From: a virus
Strand: one strand, 5' to 3'
DNA: 64,000 bases
IMG/VR virus record: IMGVR_UViG_3300013132_000039
Location: 1 to 64,000 of that record
Part shown: positions 39,886-49,682 of the stretch, in pieces
Position numbering within the stretch: position 1 is the stretch's first letter
Layout: the number at the start of each line of letters is the position of its first letter
Made by a program: the position numbers and the translations under genes
The notes under the pieces: generated by a model
Seen by the model: the letters and a program-made list of their open reading frames with translations, nothing else
What the model was told of the DNA's origin: nothing
Database searches by the model: none

Positions 39886-41386
39886 CAAAGTTAAAAAAAT
39901 AATTATTTTTGGTGGCGGAACAAGTGGCTGGTTAACCGCAGCATATCTTATAAAAAATTTAACTATTCCTTGCGAAATATTATTGATTGAAAGTACGGTA
40001 ATGGGTCCAATCGGAGTAGGAGAAGGAACTCAACCAGCTACAGCTAGATTTTTATATGATTGCGGCATAGATCCTTTAACCTGGATGAAACCTAGTCAGG
40101 CGAGTTTTAAATTAGGTGTTGAATTTGTTGGATGGACTAAAGACAATTACTTTGTAGATAATGACTTTATAGAAAATACGTTAATAGCTCCTAATCTCTT
40201 TACTACAGATTATTTTATTTCTCAAGACAAGAATGCATTTTATGATTGGCTACCTGCTTATCAAATGGCTAAGGAGAATAAAAGTCCTAAACTGGCAGGT
40301 ATGGATACTAATTATGCACAATCTGGACAGCGTAACTGGGGGGCGGTTCATTTTAATGCATTACAAATTGTAGAAAGTATCAAGAATATTATAGGAAATA
40401 AAATAGAATATGCAGATACTAAAATTGTTAATATAGAAAAAAATCAAGACGGCATTACCGGACTAGTTGATGAAAATGGTATTCGTTTTACAGGTGACCT
40501 GTATCTTGACTGTTCTGGATTTAAGGCTAGATTAATAAATGAAACTTTAGGTGTAGAATTTGAATCTATTACAGATATTCTACCTAATGATAAAGCCGTG
40601 GTGATGCCTACGCAATACAACGATCCTCAAAAAGAATGTTTCCCGTATACTCGTTCAACTGCAATGAATTCGGGTTGGAAATTTACTATTCCTATTTTTA
40701 CTCGAGTAGGTAATGGATACGTTTATAGCAGTAAGTTTATTAGTCAAGAAGATGCAGAGAAAGAATTGCGTGAATCACTAAATGAATATGAAAGCAAAGC
40801 TAATCATTTAGATATGAGATGCGGAATAAACAAAGTTATAGCACATAAAAATGTATGTGCTATAGGATTAAGTGCTGGATTTGTTGAGCCACTAGAGGCT
40901 ACCGGAATTACTTTTACCACCAAGGCAGTAGAAATGGTATGTCAGGCTCTTAACACTACACACGGTATCTGGAGCAATCCTATAAAAAATGAAATTAATA
41001 AAATTTATACTGAGATGTTTTGGGAAATAGTTGCATTTGTTTGGGCACATTATCATTTTAGTTCTAAAAATGATACTGCTTATTGGCAAACAATCAGGTG
41101 TCAGTCTGAAGATATGATTCCAAAAAAAGTTTCTAATATCGTTGAAAAATTTTACCCTTTACCAGGAAGACATTTTTTCCTTAATCCTTCTTCAAGCTTC
41201 CATATTGGTCATTGGTTTAGTGTGTTAAATGCTGGAGATGCATACAAAAATAGTGACTTTAAAATAGACGGAGAAGTCAGAAAGTACGCTGAGTATTTTA
41301 TAAAAAATAACCAACATAGAGTAAATTTGGTTAAAGAAATATTCCCTAATCACTATGACTTTTTAGCAGAATGGTATAATGCATAG
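39875..41386 (+). CDS. Flavin-dependent tryptophan halogenase family protein
   Basis: GGGTSGW FAD motif, IGVGEGT, FKLG (catalytic Lys position), DCSGF, GWKFTIP and GFVEPLEATG. Confidence 0.9.
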   Translation: MLINKVKKIIIFGGGTSGWLTAAYLIKNLTIPCEILLIESTVMGPIGVGEGTQPATARFLYDCGIDPLTWMKPSQASFKLGVEFVGWTKDNYFVDNDFIENTLIAPNLFTTDYFISQDKNAFYDWLPAYQMAKENKSPKLAGMDTNYAQSGQRNWGAVHFNALQIVESIKNIIGNKIEYADTKIVNIEKNQDGITGLVDENGIRFTGDLYLDCSGFKARLINETLGVEFESITDILPNDKAVVMPTQYNDPQKECFPYTRSTAMNSGWKFTIPIFTRVGNGYVYSSKFISQEDAEKELRESLNEYESKANHLDMRCGINKVIAHKNVCAIGLSAGFVEPLEATGITFTTKAVEMVCQALNTTHGIWSNPIKNEINKIYTEMFWEIVAFVWAHYHFSSKNDTAYWQTIRCQSEDMIPKKVSNIVEKFYPLPGRHFFLNPSSSFHIGHWFSVLNAGDAYKNSDFKIDGEVRKYAEYFIKNNQHRVNLVKEIFPNHYDFLAEWYNA

Positions 41387-41954
41387 ACAAACAACATTAT
41401 TTAGAGCCGATCTATTTCATAAAGGAAATATAGGAACCACTGAACAAAGAACTGAACTCATTAAAGAACTTAAGGCCGCTAGTTCTAGTGTGGAAGAAAT
41501 AGATATGTCCAATCCGGGTTGTAAACGAATCTATAAGCCTTGCAAAAATATAGAATGGCTTTATAAAGAAATAGATCAATTACTATCATCTGCTATTGAC
41601 TTTTATCAAAAAGAAGATATAATATTTAAATCACACTCAAAGGAGAGAAAAAAAACTGACTATTGGGCTAATATAAATTCTCCTGGAAGTAGAAATGTAT
41701 TTCACAGTCATAAAGAAAATACCTTTTCTTTAGTTTATTATTTGCAAGCAGATGGAACTGGCGCTTTAAGATTTGTTAATAGTTCTAATATATTAGGTGA
41801 TTGTAATTCTATGTCTCCATTCTCGAGAGATTTTGAAGTCCATCCAAAAGAAGGGGATTTGTTTTTATGGCCGAGCTGGGTCCCGCACGAAGTAGAAACA
41901 AATCAATCTAATATAGAAAGAATTAACTTGGTTTTTAATATAACTTTACACTAA
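41379..41954 (+). CDS. Putative 2OG-Fe(II) oxygenase (HxH, TIGR02466-like)
   Basis: WANINSPGSRNVFHSH, SLVYY, LWPSWVPHEV and RINLVFN. Confidence 0.85.
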   Translation: MHRQTTLFRADLFHKGNIGTTEQRTELIKELKAASSSVEEIDMSNPGCKRIYKPCKNIEWLYKEIDQLLSSAIDFYQKEDIIFKSHSKERKKTDYWANINSPGSRNVFHSHKENTFSLVYYLQADGTGALRFVNSSNILGDCNSMSPFSRDFEVHPKEGDLFLWPSWVPHEVETNQSNIERINLVFNITLH

Positions 41955-42694
41955 TGAAAAAAATTACATTTTTCTCAATTACGCCTGGACTTAAAGAATT
42001 ATTTCCAGTTATTCCTGCACAACAATATAAACCTAAATGGGTAAGTAAAGCTAGAGAATCTTTTAAGGAAGAATTAAAAAATTATGAAGGCGATAAATTT
42101 TCACACATTTATAGATGTCCTGGAATTTTTGATTTGATGAAGTATGGATATATACTTACTTTACCGTTTGACTTAACTATAGAAACTAATGGGGATAAAG
42201 AAACAGTATCATACATACTACCATCAACTGATTTAAAATTATTAATGGGTACAGAACCTTTATCTGCCCATATGGATAATAAAATTGTAGGATTTTTTCC
42301 TCCTAAGCCCTGGTCTATTAAAACTATTATTAAAATAACAACTCCTTGGTATATAATTGCTCCAAAAAATTTAAAGTTTTTAATTATACCTATTCCATAT
42401 TCGGACAACTATGAATTTGAAATGGCTCCGGGTATTTTAGATCCAGGACTTAGCAGCGAAATTAATTTCCAGTTACATTGGAATGTTGTTATAGGCAAAA
42501 GAACAATAAAAGCAGGAACTCCTATTTGTCAAATTATTCCTATAAGTGAGGAAAAATATGAACTAGAAGTTCGTGATGCAACTGAAAAAGATTTAAAGTG
42601 GATTAGGATGAAACGATACTTTTATGGGTTTAGCTTTAACTTTAATAAAAATATCTTTAAAAAAATGTACGAAAAATGGTTTAATCTAAAATGA
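41954..42694 (+). CDS. Conserved phage protein found with oxygenase clusters (DUF6065-like)
   Basis: CPGIFD..KYGYIL, KITTPW, PGILD and IKAGTPICQIIP. Confidence 0.6.
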   Translation: MKKITFFSITPGLKELFPVIPAQQYKPKWVSKARESFKEELKNYEGDKFSHIYRCPGIFDLMKYGYILTLPFDLTIETNGDKETVSYILPSTDLKLLMGTEPLSAHMDNKIVGFFPPKPWSIKTIIKITTPWYIIAPKNLKFLIIPIPYSDNYEFEMAPGILDPGLSSEINFQLHWNVVIGKRTIKAGTPICQIIPISEEKYELEVRDATEKDLKWIRMKRYFYGFSFNFNKNIFKKMYEKWFNLK

Positions 42695-43221
42695 GAATTG
42701 ATAGATTTATCACTCCTACTTGGCTAGGACATATAGAAATAACAGATAAGACCATAGACAGCTATAGGAAATGGGCAGATTTTGAAAAAACATTGGATCC
42801 TTTAGGAGCTACACTTTCAACTACTGTGAAAGGATGGCAATATATTTTTCATCAAAATGACAAAGATCCTATTTGGTTGCAAGATTTAAGATCTGAAATT
42901 ACAAAAATTAAAGAAGAAGTAAATTGGAGTAGGGTAAAAACTATATGGGCTATCGATTACGAGCCAGGAGGATATCAAGACCCTCATTTTCATAATGTTG
43001 GGGTAGTCCAGCTTGTTTCTGTTATTATAAACTTATTAGGAACTGCTCAACTCATACTACAAGACCCTAGACCGATAGCGCAAGCTCAAGGAGAAGATTT
43101 CGCTAGTATTATAGATTTATCTCCAGGAGATTGGTGTGCCTTTCCATCATACATTATACATAACTCTAGGCCCTGTGAAAAACATCGTAGCATACTAGTT
43201 ATAGATGCTTTTTTAGGATAG
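42691..43221 (+). CDS. Putative 2OG-Fe(II) oxygenase (HxH)
   Basis: YEPGGYQDPHFH, FPSYIIHNS and RSILVID. Confidence 0.75.
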   Translation: MRIDRFITPTWLGHIEITDKTIDSYRKWADFEKTLDPLGATLSTTVKGWQYIFHQNDKDPIWLQDLRSEITKIKEEVNWSRVKTIWAIDYEPGGYQDPHFHNVGVVQLVSVIINLLGTAQLILQDPRPIAQAQGEDFASIIDLSPGDWCAFPSYIIHNSRPCEKHRSILVIDAFLG

Positions 43222-43224
43222 GAA

Positions 43225-43773
43225 ATGAAATACAGTTACTATCATATTCCAAAATTTCATTCAATTTCAGAATGCAAAGCAATTTATAATCATTGTTTAG
43301 AAAATATTAACCATTCAATTGAAGATTTTCCTGCTGTAGATGTTGTAAAAACAAGTAAAGTAAAATACTGTTACTTCGGCAACGTAAAAGATGCATTAGA
43401 TAAAATTAAACATATTACTATAGATATTAATAGGCAATTTTTTGGATTCGACCTTTATGAAAAATCTAACTTCGACACAGCTAATCTGAATGAGTACTCA
43501 GATACCAACCAAGGAGAATATGGATGGCATTCAGATGGACACTTGGATGGTATTTGGGATTCTAAATTAACAGTAATCTTAAATCTTTCTCAAGACGAAT
43601 ATGAAGGAGGAGATTTCGAGATTTTTTTAAATAAGCCTATAAAAATTAATGAATTTAAAGAATCGGGTTCATTATTAATCTTTCCTTCATTCCTACATCA
43701 CAGAGTAACACCAGTCACTAAGGGTCACCGCATTACACTATCTCAATGGTTTTTAGGACCTGCACTTAGATAA
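43225..43773 (+). CDS. 2OG-Fe(II) oxygenase, PKHD-type
   Basis: YGWHSD, KLTVILNLS, YEGGDF and IFPSFLHHRVTPVTKGHR. Confidence 0.9.
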   Translation: MKYSYYHIPKFHSISECKAIYNHCLENINHSIEDFPAVDVVKTSKVKYCYFGNVKDALDKIKHITIDINRQFFGFDLYEKSNFDTANLNEYSDTNQGEYGWHSDGHLDGIWDSKLTVILNLSQDEYEGGDFEIFLNKPIKINEFKESGSLLIFPSFLHHRVTPVTKGHRITLSQWFLGPALR

Positions 43774-44035
43774 GATGTTTTGATTCTTCTATCTTTTCAG
43801 AAATTTTTTGTCGTATTTTAATTATATTATTTCTTGTTTCAACTGTGGCAGTAGGAATCCTATGGCTTATAACTACCTCATTATGTTGTATATCAATTTT
43901 TTTAACTTCATTAAGCAAGGCATTTAATAAAGCATAAAGTTCTTCTTTAACTTTATCATTGTTAATTTTATTAATCTTATTTTTAAAATTAATATATTCT
44001 TCTTGAAATTCTTTACTCTTTTCTAGATTAAACAT
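43766..44035 (-). CDS. Hypothetical protein
   Basis: 89 aa helical ORF co-oriented with the NUDIX gene. Confidence 0.6.
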   Translation of the reverse strand: MFNLEKSKEFQEEYINFKNKINKINNDKVKEELYALLNALLNEVKKIDIQHNEVVISHRIPTATVETRNNIIKIRQKISEKIEESKHLI

Positions 44036-44043
44036 TTATATTC

Positions 44044-44502
44044 CTACATTATTTCGATTAAATCAACTATAGTATTAATTTTGTTCTGTATAATTTTATT
44101 TTTCAAACTTAAGTCTAATGCTTTATGAACGGGCTTAGGAAAATAGTTTAGATTAAACCACCCCCATCCTAGGTGTTCTTCGCTAAGTTTAGGAACAAAT
44201 TCGTCTTCAACTATACAAAAATACGTACTAAAATTAAACAGATTGTCATTGCTTACAAACTTTTCTAAAGGTATTATTTTACTAATGTTCGGTAGAAAAC
44301 TTAATTCTTCTTCTATTTCACGTTGTAAACCCTGCCAGGCTGTTTCTCCTTGCAGATGCGTACCTCCAACAAGCCCCCAGGTTCCGTTATGCTTTCCATT
44401 AGACTTTTGTAATAATAAAACTCGTTGAGTAGCTCTTGAACATATTATTGCGCCCGAACATATTATTTTTTTAGAGTTGTATTCTCCACTGCCCTCTATC
44501 AT
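44044..44502 (-). CDS. NUDIX hydrolase
   Basis: Nudix box GLVGGTHLQGETAWQGLQREIEEE. The start is uncertain (ATG 44502 chosen). Confidence 0.85.
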   Translation of the reverse strand: MIEGSGEYNSKKIICSGAIICSRATQRVLLLQKSNGKHNGTWGLVGGTHLQGETAWQGLQREIEEELSFLPNISKIIPLEKFVSNDNLFNFSTYFCIVEDEFVPKLSEEHLGWGWFNLNYFPKPVHKALDLSLKNKIIQNKINTIVDLIEIM

Positions 44503-46120
44503 ATTCACCTTCAAAGCTTTTTGTCCAAGACACGCCATCCCACTTGTACTGTGTGCCTGTATAGTAATTAGTTTGATAGATTATGGAGTCGGTTCGAGTT
44601 TGAGCGCTAAAAATCATACGCCATTCTGTGCCATTCCAAGATATAATATCATTAGAATATGCTATTGTATCATCCCCAGAGCTGGATTTCCAAGCATCCG
44701 GACCATCTTCATTAAAATTAAGAATATAAGTTATAGTACTTCCTTTAGGAATAACAGTGCTAGTTTTAATATGGCATTTTCCTGATACGTTATCTAATAG
44801 ATGAGAAGTAAGTACTCCATTAACAAATAGTTTACTAGAGTTTATAACATCAAAATCTTCTCCTGTATTAATAATTTTAGACGATCTAAGACTAATAAAA
44901 GTTTCTCTAGCACCACCCCCTAGATTTTCAACTAACAAATATCTTACTCCTGCACTGATAGGTTGATCAAAATGTTCTCCGTTGGGTCTTTTAGGATTAA
45001 ATGTTTGCGGATTAACTATTGCATCAAAGGTACCTCGACCTGTACTATTATCATATCCTAAATCTATGTTTTGAATATTACCCTGATCATCTATATAGTT
45101 ATTACTATGGGCAGTATCTGGATCCCATATAACGCTTAATAATCCAGGATCCAAAGGATTCAAAGCTAAAGTTCCTACTACTATAGTTCCATCTTTTTGT
45201 ATTAAAAAAATCTTACTTAGGCCTGATCTAAAATCTCCAGGTATCTGCTCTAGTAAAATACTCCAAGCCAAATTATCTTTTTCACCTTTGGCTTTACTAA
45301 ACATACGTATACCCTCAGGAGTAACTAATATTTCAAAATTACCCACAGTAGTAGTGGAAGTAAACTCGTAATCAGTCAGACCAAGTCCATAAGCTTCAGT
45401 GTCGGTACCAAGCCCTTCTACATAGTCACCTATTCCTCCTGTGGTTCCCGTATAAATGTTATTAATAATACTTGTAACTACACCTAATTTTTTAATCTTA
45501 ATCGGAGGAGTTAACCAGGTAGGTGTTTTTAATGTTATAGAAGCAATATCAATAGAGCTATTTGTTCCTACTGGAACAGCTCTTGAACTAAAGTTCACAT
45601 CTTCTAACTCTACAACACTTAAACTTGTCCAATCAATATAATTATCTGTAGTTTGTATCTCAAGACTAGGGTTAAACAAAACTAAAATTTGTTCAAGTAT
45701 TTGTAATTTTTGTTCAGTGTTAGATGTCCATATGTCAACTTTCACTGTAAGATCAAACGGTGTAGGCATTAACCTTTCTACTGTAAAATTTTTACCTTGT
45801 TCACTTGTATAAAAATCATTACCTCCACTGTCAGATTCAATAGCTCGCTCTCTAATTTGCATTTTACTAATAAATGTAGGCTCTTGAATTCGTTGACGAT
45901 TAAGTTCGTATTCTGTAATGTATACTGCTATTCTAGGTACACTAGGTATAGAATTTTCACTATTCTGATTAATAATATGGGCTACTTGTCTATCAGGGTC
46001 ACCGTACATTACAGGAACTCTTACCAATGTTCCGTCACCGTATCGTACTACAAAATTACTCAAAAGACGAACAATCTGAGTGACATATCGTCTTATTTGA
46101 CCGTCGTAAAAAAATTGCAT
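44471..46120 (-). CDS. gp15: Tail sheath stabiliser/terminator (gp15-like) with a C-terminal extension
   Basis: FFYDGQIRRY, VPVMYG, PRIAVYIT, MPTPFDL, QILEQILVLFNP. Confidence 0.8.
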   Translation of the reverse strand: MQFFYDGQIRRYVTQIVRLLSNFVVRYGDGTLVRVPVMYGDPDRQVAHIINQNSENSIPSVPRIAVYITEYELNRQRIQEPTFISKMQIRERAIESDSGGNDFYTSEQGKNFTVERLMPTPFDLTVKVDIWTSNTEQKLQILEQILVLFNPSLEIQTTDNYIDWTSLSVVELEDVNFSSRAVPVGTNSSIDIASITLKTPTWLTPPIKIKKLGVVTSIINNIYTGTTGGIGDYVEGLGTDTEAYGLGLTDYEFTSTTTVGNFEILVTPEGIRMFSKAKGEKDNLAWSILLEQIPGDFRSGLSKIFLIQKDGTIVVGTLALNPLDPGLLSVIWDPDTAHSNNYIDDQGNIQNIDLGYDNSTGRGTFDAIVNPQTFNPKRPNGEHFDQPISAGVRYLLVENLGGGARETFISLRSSKIINTGEDFDVINSSKLFVNGVLTSHLLDNVSGKCHIKTSTVIPKGSTITYILNFNEDGPDAWKSSSGDDTIAYSNDIISWNGTEWRMIFSAQTRTDSIIYQTNYYTGTQYKWDGVSWTKSFEGEYDRGQWRIQL

Positions 46121-47415
46121 TATAAATCTGCCTTAGGTTTGAGTGCTTTACTTATTGGTTGACGTTCATCTACCATATCGCCGTCGATATTAGAAACTTT
46201 TGTATTATTAATAAAGCTAGTTTTCAATGTGCTTCTTGTGTCAGTATTAGTTAGAGTATGTCTAACATTATCCTCACGCTTTACCCAACGTTTACCCGAG
46301 TACCTAAACAGTCTATTTGGGCGATAATCAGTTCTTAAAAAGTAATCTCCTTCTACTGCGCCTTGTGGGAACCCAGTTCCGAATCCAAACTGCACACCGT
46401 TGTCTGGTACACCGTCGCCTAACAAGTATCCGTGATATCCGGTTCGTAACGGCCTTTCCATTATTCTACTTGCATCTAACGTTGTCATACTAACATCAAT
46501 ATCAGTTTCATCTGCTGTTTTAAGAGCAGGATTCCCTTCATCATCGACAGCCAAAGTAAATAGTTGTCTTGTTTCATATCCGCTTTTAGGAGCGTTAGCT
46601 TCTGCTTCTGCTATAATTGCATCATTAATTTCTAAAGCTTTATTTTGAGTACTAACTGTTTCCTGGATAGTAGTGCCTGTATATAAAGAGAAGTAGGTGC
46701 TTTCAGGTGGTTCATGCCCGGACACAGTGGATAATACTGTATAAAGATTGCCTTGGTACCTAATTATTTGCCCTGCTGTATAAGTTGTACTACTATCATA
46801 ATCTCCTACAAAATTAGCATCTTTATTTGTGGGAGATTTTAGAATATCTGTAAACTGTTGACTATCGGTAATTTTCTTTAATTTTAATCTATATAAATGG
46901 GGATACCATGTTCGGCTAAAACCTTCGCTGGCTCTTCCTACATCTTCTATAACATAGAACCTAGGTAAACTAGTATCAAAATCATTTAATGCAAATTCAT
47001 CACGCAAATGTGGCAATTCCACCACGTCGCCGCTTAAAGGTTTACGACCGATTAATTTTATTGTATCATTAATATGAACAGTAATTGTTAAAGTATCATT
47101 ATCAAGCCAAAGACCGAATTGGCTTAAGTTAAAATCTATATCTGCTACGTTATAAATGCCTCTAAGGGTATAAATGCTTGGATCATATTTTCTATCTCTA
47201 TTTTCTAAAAATAGTAAATCCTGTATGTTTGTTACGCTTTGATTAGCATAATGAGGGCGTTCCGGAGTAGCTTCTCCTTCTGCTGTGTTCAGCGGTCCTA
47301 TATATTTGTGAAAATAAAGATCTGTTCCTCCAACCTGGAACATTTCACTTATGTTTCTATCAAGGAATTTATAATCGTTGCCCTTTTCTGGACGGTAAAG
47401 TGATAAACGTGGCAT
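46120..47415 (-). CDS. gp14: Neck protein (gp14-like)
   Basis: LSQFGLWLDND, RKPLSGDVVELP, FYVIEDV; lies between gp13 and gp15. Start is ATG 47415 or 47421, behind the late promoter core at 47428-47423. Confidence 0.7.
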   Translation of the reverse strand: MPRLSLYRPEKGNDYKFLDRNISEMFQVGGTDLYFHKYIGPLNTAEGEATPERPHYANQSVTNIQDLLFLENRDRKYDPSIYTLRGIYNVADIDFNLSQFGLWLDNDTLTITVHINDTIKLIGRKPLSGDVVELPHLRDEFALNDFDTSLPRFYVIEDVGRASEGFSRTWYPHLYRLKLKKITDSQQFTDILKSPTNKDANFVGDYDSSTTYTAGQIIRYQGNLYTVLSTVSGHEPPESTYFSLYTGTTIQETVSTQNKALEINDAIIAEAEANAPKSGYETRQLFTLAVDDEGNPALKTADETDIDVSMTTLDASRIMERPLRTGYHGYLLGDGVPDNGVQFGFGTGFPQGAVEGDYFLRTDYRPNRLFRYSGKRWVKREDNVRHTLTNTDTRSTLKTSFINNTKVSNIDGDMVDERQPISKALKPKADL

Positions 47416-47452
47416 AGTCATATATTTATGGTAAATATTAATGGAGAATAGT

Positions 47453-48214
47453 ATGAACGACAATCCACAAGAAGAACGACAAAAAGTCTATGATTATTGC
47501 CGCACCATGCTGGGTGATGGCATGATTGATGTTGAATTAGATCCTGCTCATTACGAAACTGCTCTTAATCGCACGTTAAACAAGTACAGACAACGTAGTA
47601 GTCACAGTGTAGAAGAAAGCTATTGCTTTTTAACTCTTGAAAAAGATAAAAATGATTACAAGTTAAGTGAAGAAATAATCAATGTACAAAGTGCATTTCG
47701 TAGAACATTAGGGTCCAGAACAGGCGGCGGCACAGGAACAAATTTTGAACCTTTTAATTTAGCTTATACAAATACATATTTACTAAACAGCACAATGTTA
47801 GGAGGTATAGCAACATATTTTATGTTTGCCAGCTATCAGGAACTAATAGGTAAAATGTTTGGATCATATATTGAATTCCAGTGGATACAGCATAGCAGAA
47901 CTTTTAGAATTTTACAACGTCCATTTGCAGATGCTGAAGTATTAATGCTTCGTGTTCAAAACTATAAACCCGATTTTATTATTTTAAATGACTTATATGC
48001 TAAACAATGGATATTAGATTATACCTTGGCTAATTGTAAAATTATCTTAGGTGAAGCACGTAGTAAGTTTGCAAACATCGCCGGGCCTCAGGGTGGTGGA
48101 CAGCTAAATGGTGGAGATCTTAAAACTCAAGGTACAGCGGAAATAGAAAAATTAGAAAAAGAACTGTTTGACCTTATCCCCGGCGGAACCGGATATACTT
48201 TTATTATAGGTTAA
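47453..48214 (+). CDS. gp13: Neck protein (gp13-like)
   Basis: LGDGMIDVEL, WILDYTLA.CK..LG..RSKF..I.GP.GG..LNG; start behind GGAG. Confidence 0.85.
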   Translation: MNDNPQEERQKVYDYCRTMLGDGMIDVELDPAHYETALNRTLNKYRQRSSHSVEESYCFLTLEKDKNDYKLSEEIINVQSAFRRTLGSRTGGGTGTNFEPFNLAYTNTYLLNSTMLGGIATYFMFASYQELIGKMFGSYIEFQWIQHSRTFRILQRPFADAEVLMLRVQNYKPDFIILNDLYAKQWILDYTLANCKIILGEARSKFANIAGPQGGGQLNGGDLKTQGTAEIEKLEKELFDLIPGGTGYTFIIG

Positions 48215-48216
48215 TT

Positions 48217-48573
48217 ATGAAAATTTTTGAGATCTTAACTGAAAAAGCAGAAAAAAAATTAGGCAAAAATATTAAACAATCTGGAAGTCACGCCAAACAA
48301 TATCATGATATAGACCAATACTATGGTATGTATAGATTCGGTATACAGATGGCGGGTGCTCCTGATAAACCTATAAACAAAGAAGGCCCAGCTAAAGATG
48401 TACCTGCTGTTTGGATGTATAGCAAAGGTGAGGAAGATATTGTTAATGCCGCACAACGAAACCAAGGTATTAGTGGAAAAACTTTAGTAGGCAAAGGACC
48501 TAGCGAAGAATTAAAAGTGGTTAATAAAAATAGCATAGTAGCCAAGCCAAAACCTAACAAATATGGTGTCTAA
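48217..48573 (+). CDS. Hypothetical protein, possible capsid-internal protein
   Basis: N-terminus MKIFEILTE; basic. Confidence 0.6.
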   Translation: MKIFEILTEKAEKKLGKNIKQSGSHAKQYHDIDQYYGMYRFGIQMAGAPDKPINKEGPAKDVPAVWMYSKGEEDIVNAAQRNQGISGKTLVGKGPSEELKVVNKNSIVAKPKPNKYGV

Positions 48574-48576
48574 ATA

Positions 48577-48605
48577 TTGACATCTTAATCTAAATTTAAT
48601 AAAAT
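48577..48605 (+). promoter_or_regulatory. Sigma70-type early promoter for dNMP kinase
   Basis: TTGACA (48577-48582), 17 nt spacer, TAAAAT (48600-48605), then SD AGGAG. Confidence 0.8.
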
Positions 48606-48626
48606 ATAGTATCGGTAGGAGATACT

Positions 48627-49325
48627 ATGATAGTAGGATTCGTTGGATTTATTGGGTCAGGCAAAGATACAGCAGCAGATTATCTTGTTAACTTTCATGG
48701 ATTTAGAAGAGATAGTTTTGCAAATACACTAAAAGATGCAGTAGCAGCAGTGTTTGGTTGGGATAGAACGCTATTAGAAGGACGAACAGCTGAAAGTAGA
48801 GAATGGCGAGATCAAGTCGACTTTTGGTGGTCTAATCGATTAGGTAGACAAATTACTCCTCGCTGGGTCTTACAATACTGGGGTACCGAAGTTCTAAGAA
48901 CTAATTTTCACGATGATATTTGGATTGCAAGTCTTGAAAATAAATTGCGAAAAACAAAAGATAATATTGTTATTAGCGATGTCAGATTTCCTAACGAAAT
49001 TGAAGCAATACACAATGCTAAAGGGCTAGTAGTTAGAGTGAAACGCGGCCCTGACCCTGATTGGTACAATGATGCACTCAATATGAACAAAGGCCCAACA
49101 AATATGAGTTGGGCTATAAGCAAACAACGTATGAGTGAGTTAAAAATTCATGCAAGCGAAACAAGTTGGGTTGGCGGCGATATAGACTATACAATCACTA
49201 ACGACTCGACTATAGATGAATTATTTCAGCAACTTAGAAATCTGGTAGAAGATCACCTTGACGCCATTGATGCCCTTCAATATGCAAAACCCTCTGACAG
49301 TTCGCACATATTGTCTTTAGGTTAA
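48627..49325 (+). CDS. Deoxynucleoside monophosphate kinase (T4 gp1-like)
   Basis: P-loop GFIGSGKDT, SFANTLKD, TPRWVLQYWGTE, ISDVRFPNE and HASE. Confidence 0.92.
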   Translation: MIVGFVGFIGSGKDTAADYLVNFHGFRRDSFANTLKDAVAAVFGWDRTLLEGRTAESREWRDQVDFWWSNRLGRQITPRWVLQYWGTEVLRTNFHDDIWIASLENKLRKTKDNIVISDVRFPNEIEAIHNAKGLVVRVKRGPDPDWYNDALNMNKGPTNMSWAISKQRMSELKIHASETSWVGGDIDYTITNDSTIDELFQQLRNLVEDHLDAIDALQYAKPSDSSHILSLG

Positions 49326-49575
49326 CTGAACGAGTATTATTTAAATTACCGTCAATGTGATAAACATTGAATTGCTCTTTATACTTACTCTTAAAGCCAC
49401 ACTTATCGCATAAGGATTTTACACGATATCCATCTTGGTACCATTTAGGATATCCTTTGCCTACTCCACCGTACCTAATACAGATTTCACATTTTTTCCT
49501 ATAAAAAATTTTACCATTCTTGTGATAGTTTACAGCAGCAGGTCTTAGTTTACAAATACATAAAGGACGTGACAT
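49234..49575 (-). CDS. Zinc-binding HNH-like protein
   Basis: CxxC pairs; VYHIDGNLNN...NLKTICANCQR HNH-like core; late promoter core at 49585-49580. Confidence 0.7.
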   Translation of the reverse strand: MSRPLCICKLRPAAVNYHKNGKIFYRKKCEICIRYGGVGKGYPKWYQDGYRVKSLCDKCGFKSKYKEQFNVYHIDGNLNNTRSVNLKTICANCQRVLHIEGHQWRQGDLLPDF

Positions 49576-49682
49576 ATTGTATTTAGTTGCCCTTTTTGGT
49601 CCCTTTTCTTAGGGTAATAACTGTTTATTTTTGGAAAAATCCAATAAATAATATTAGAACAGAAACCTTAGGAGAATCCAAG

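Noticed and set aside
44460-44540. Frameshift or phase variation at the A7 run at the gp15/NUDIX junction
   Set aside because: An in-frame ATG at 44502 with an upstream AAGGTG explains NUDIX translation; nothing else supports slippage.
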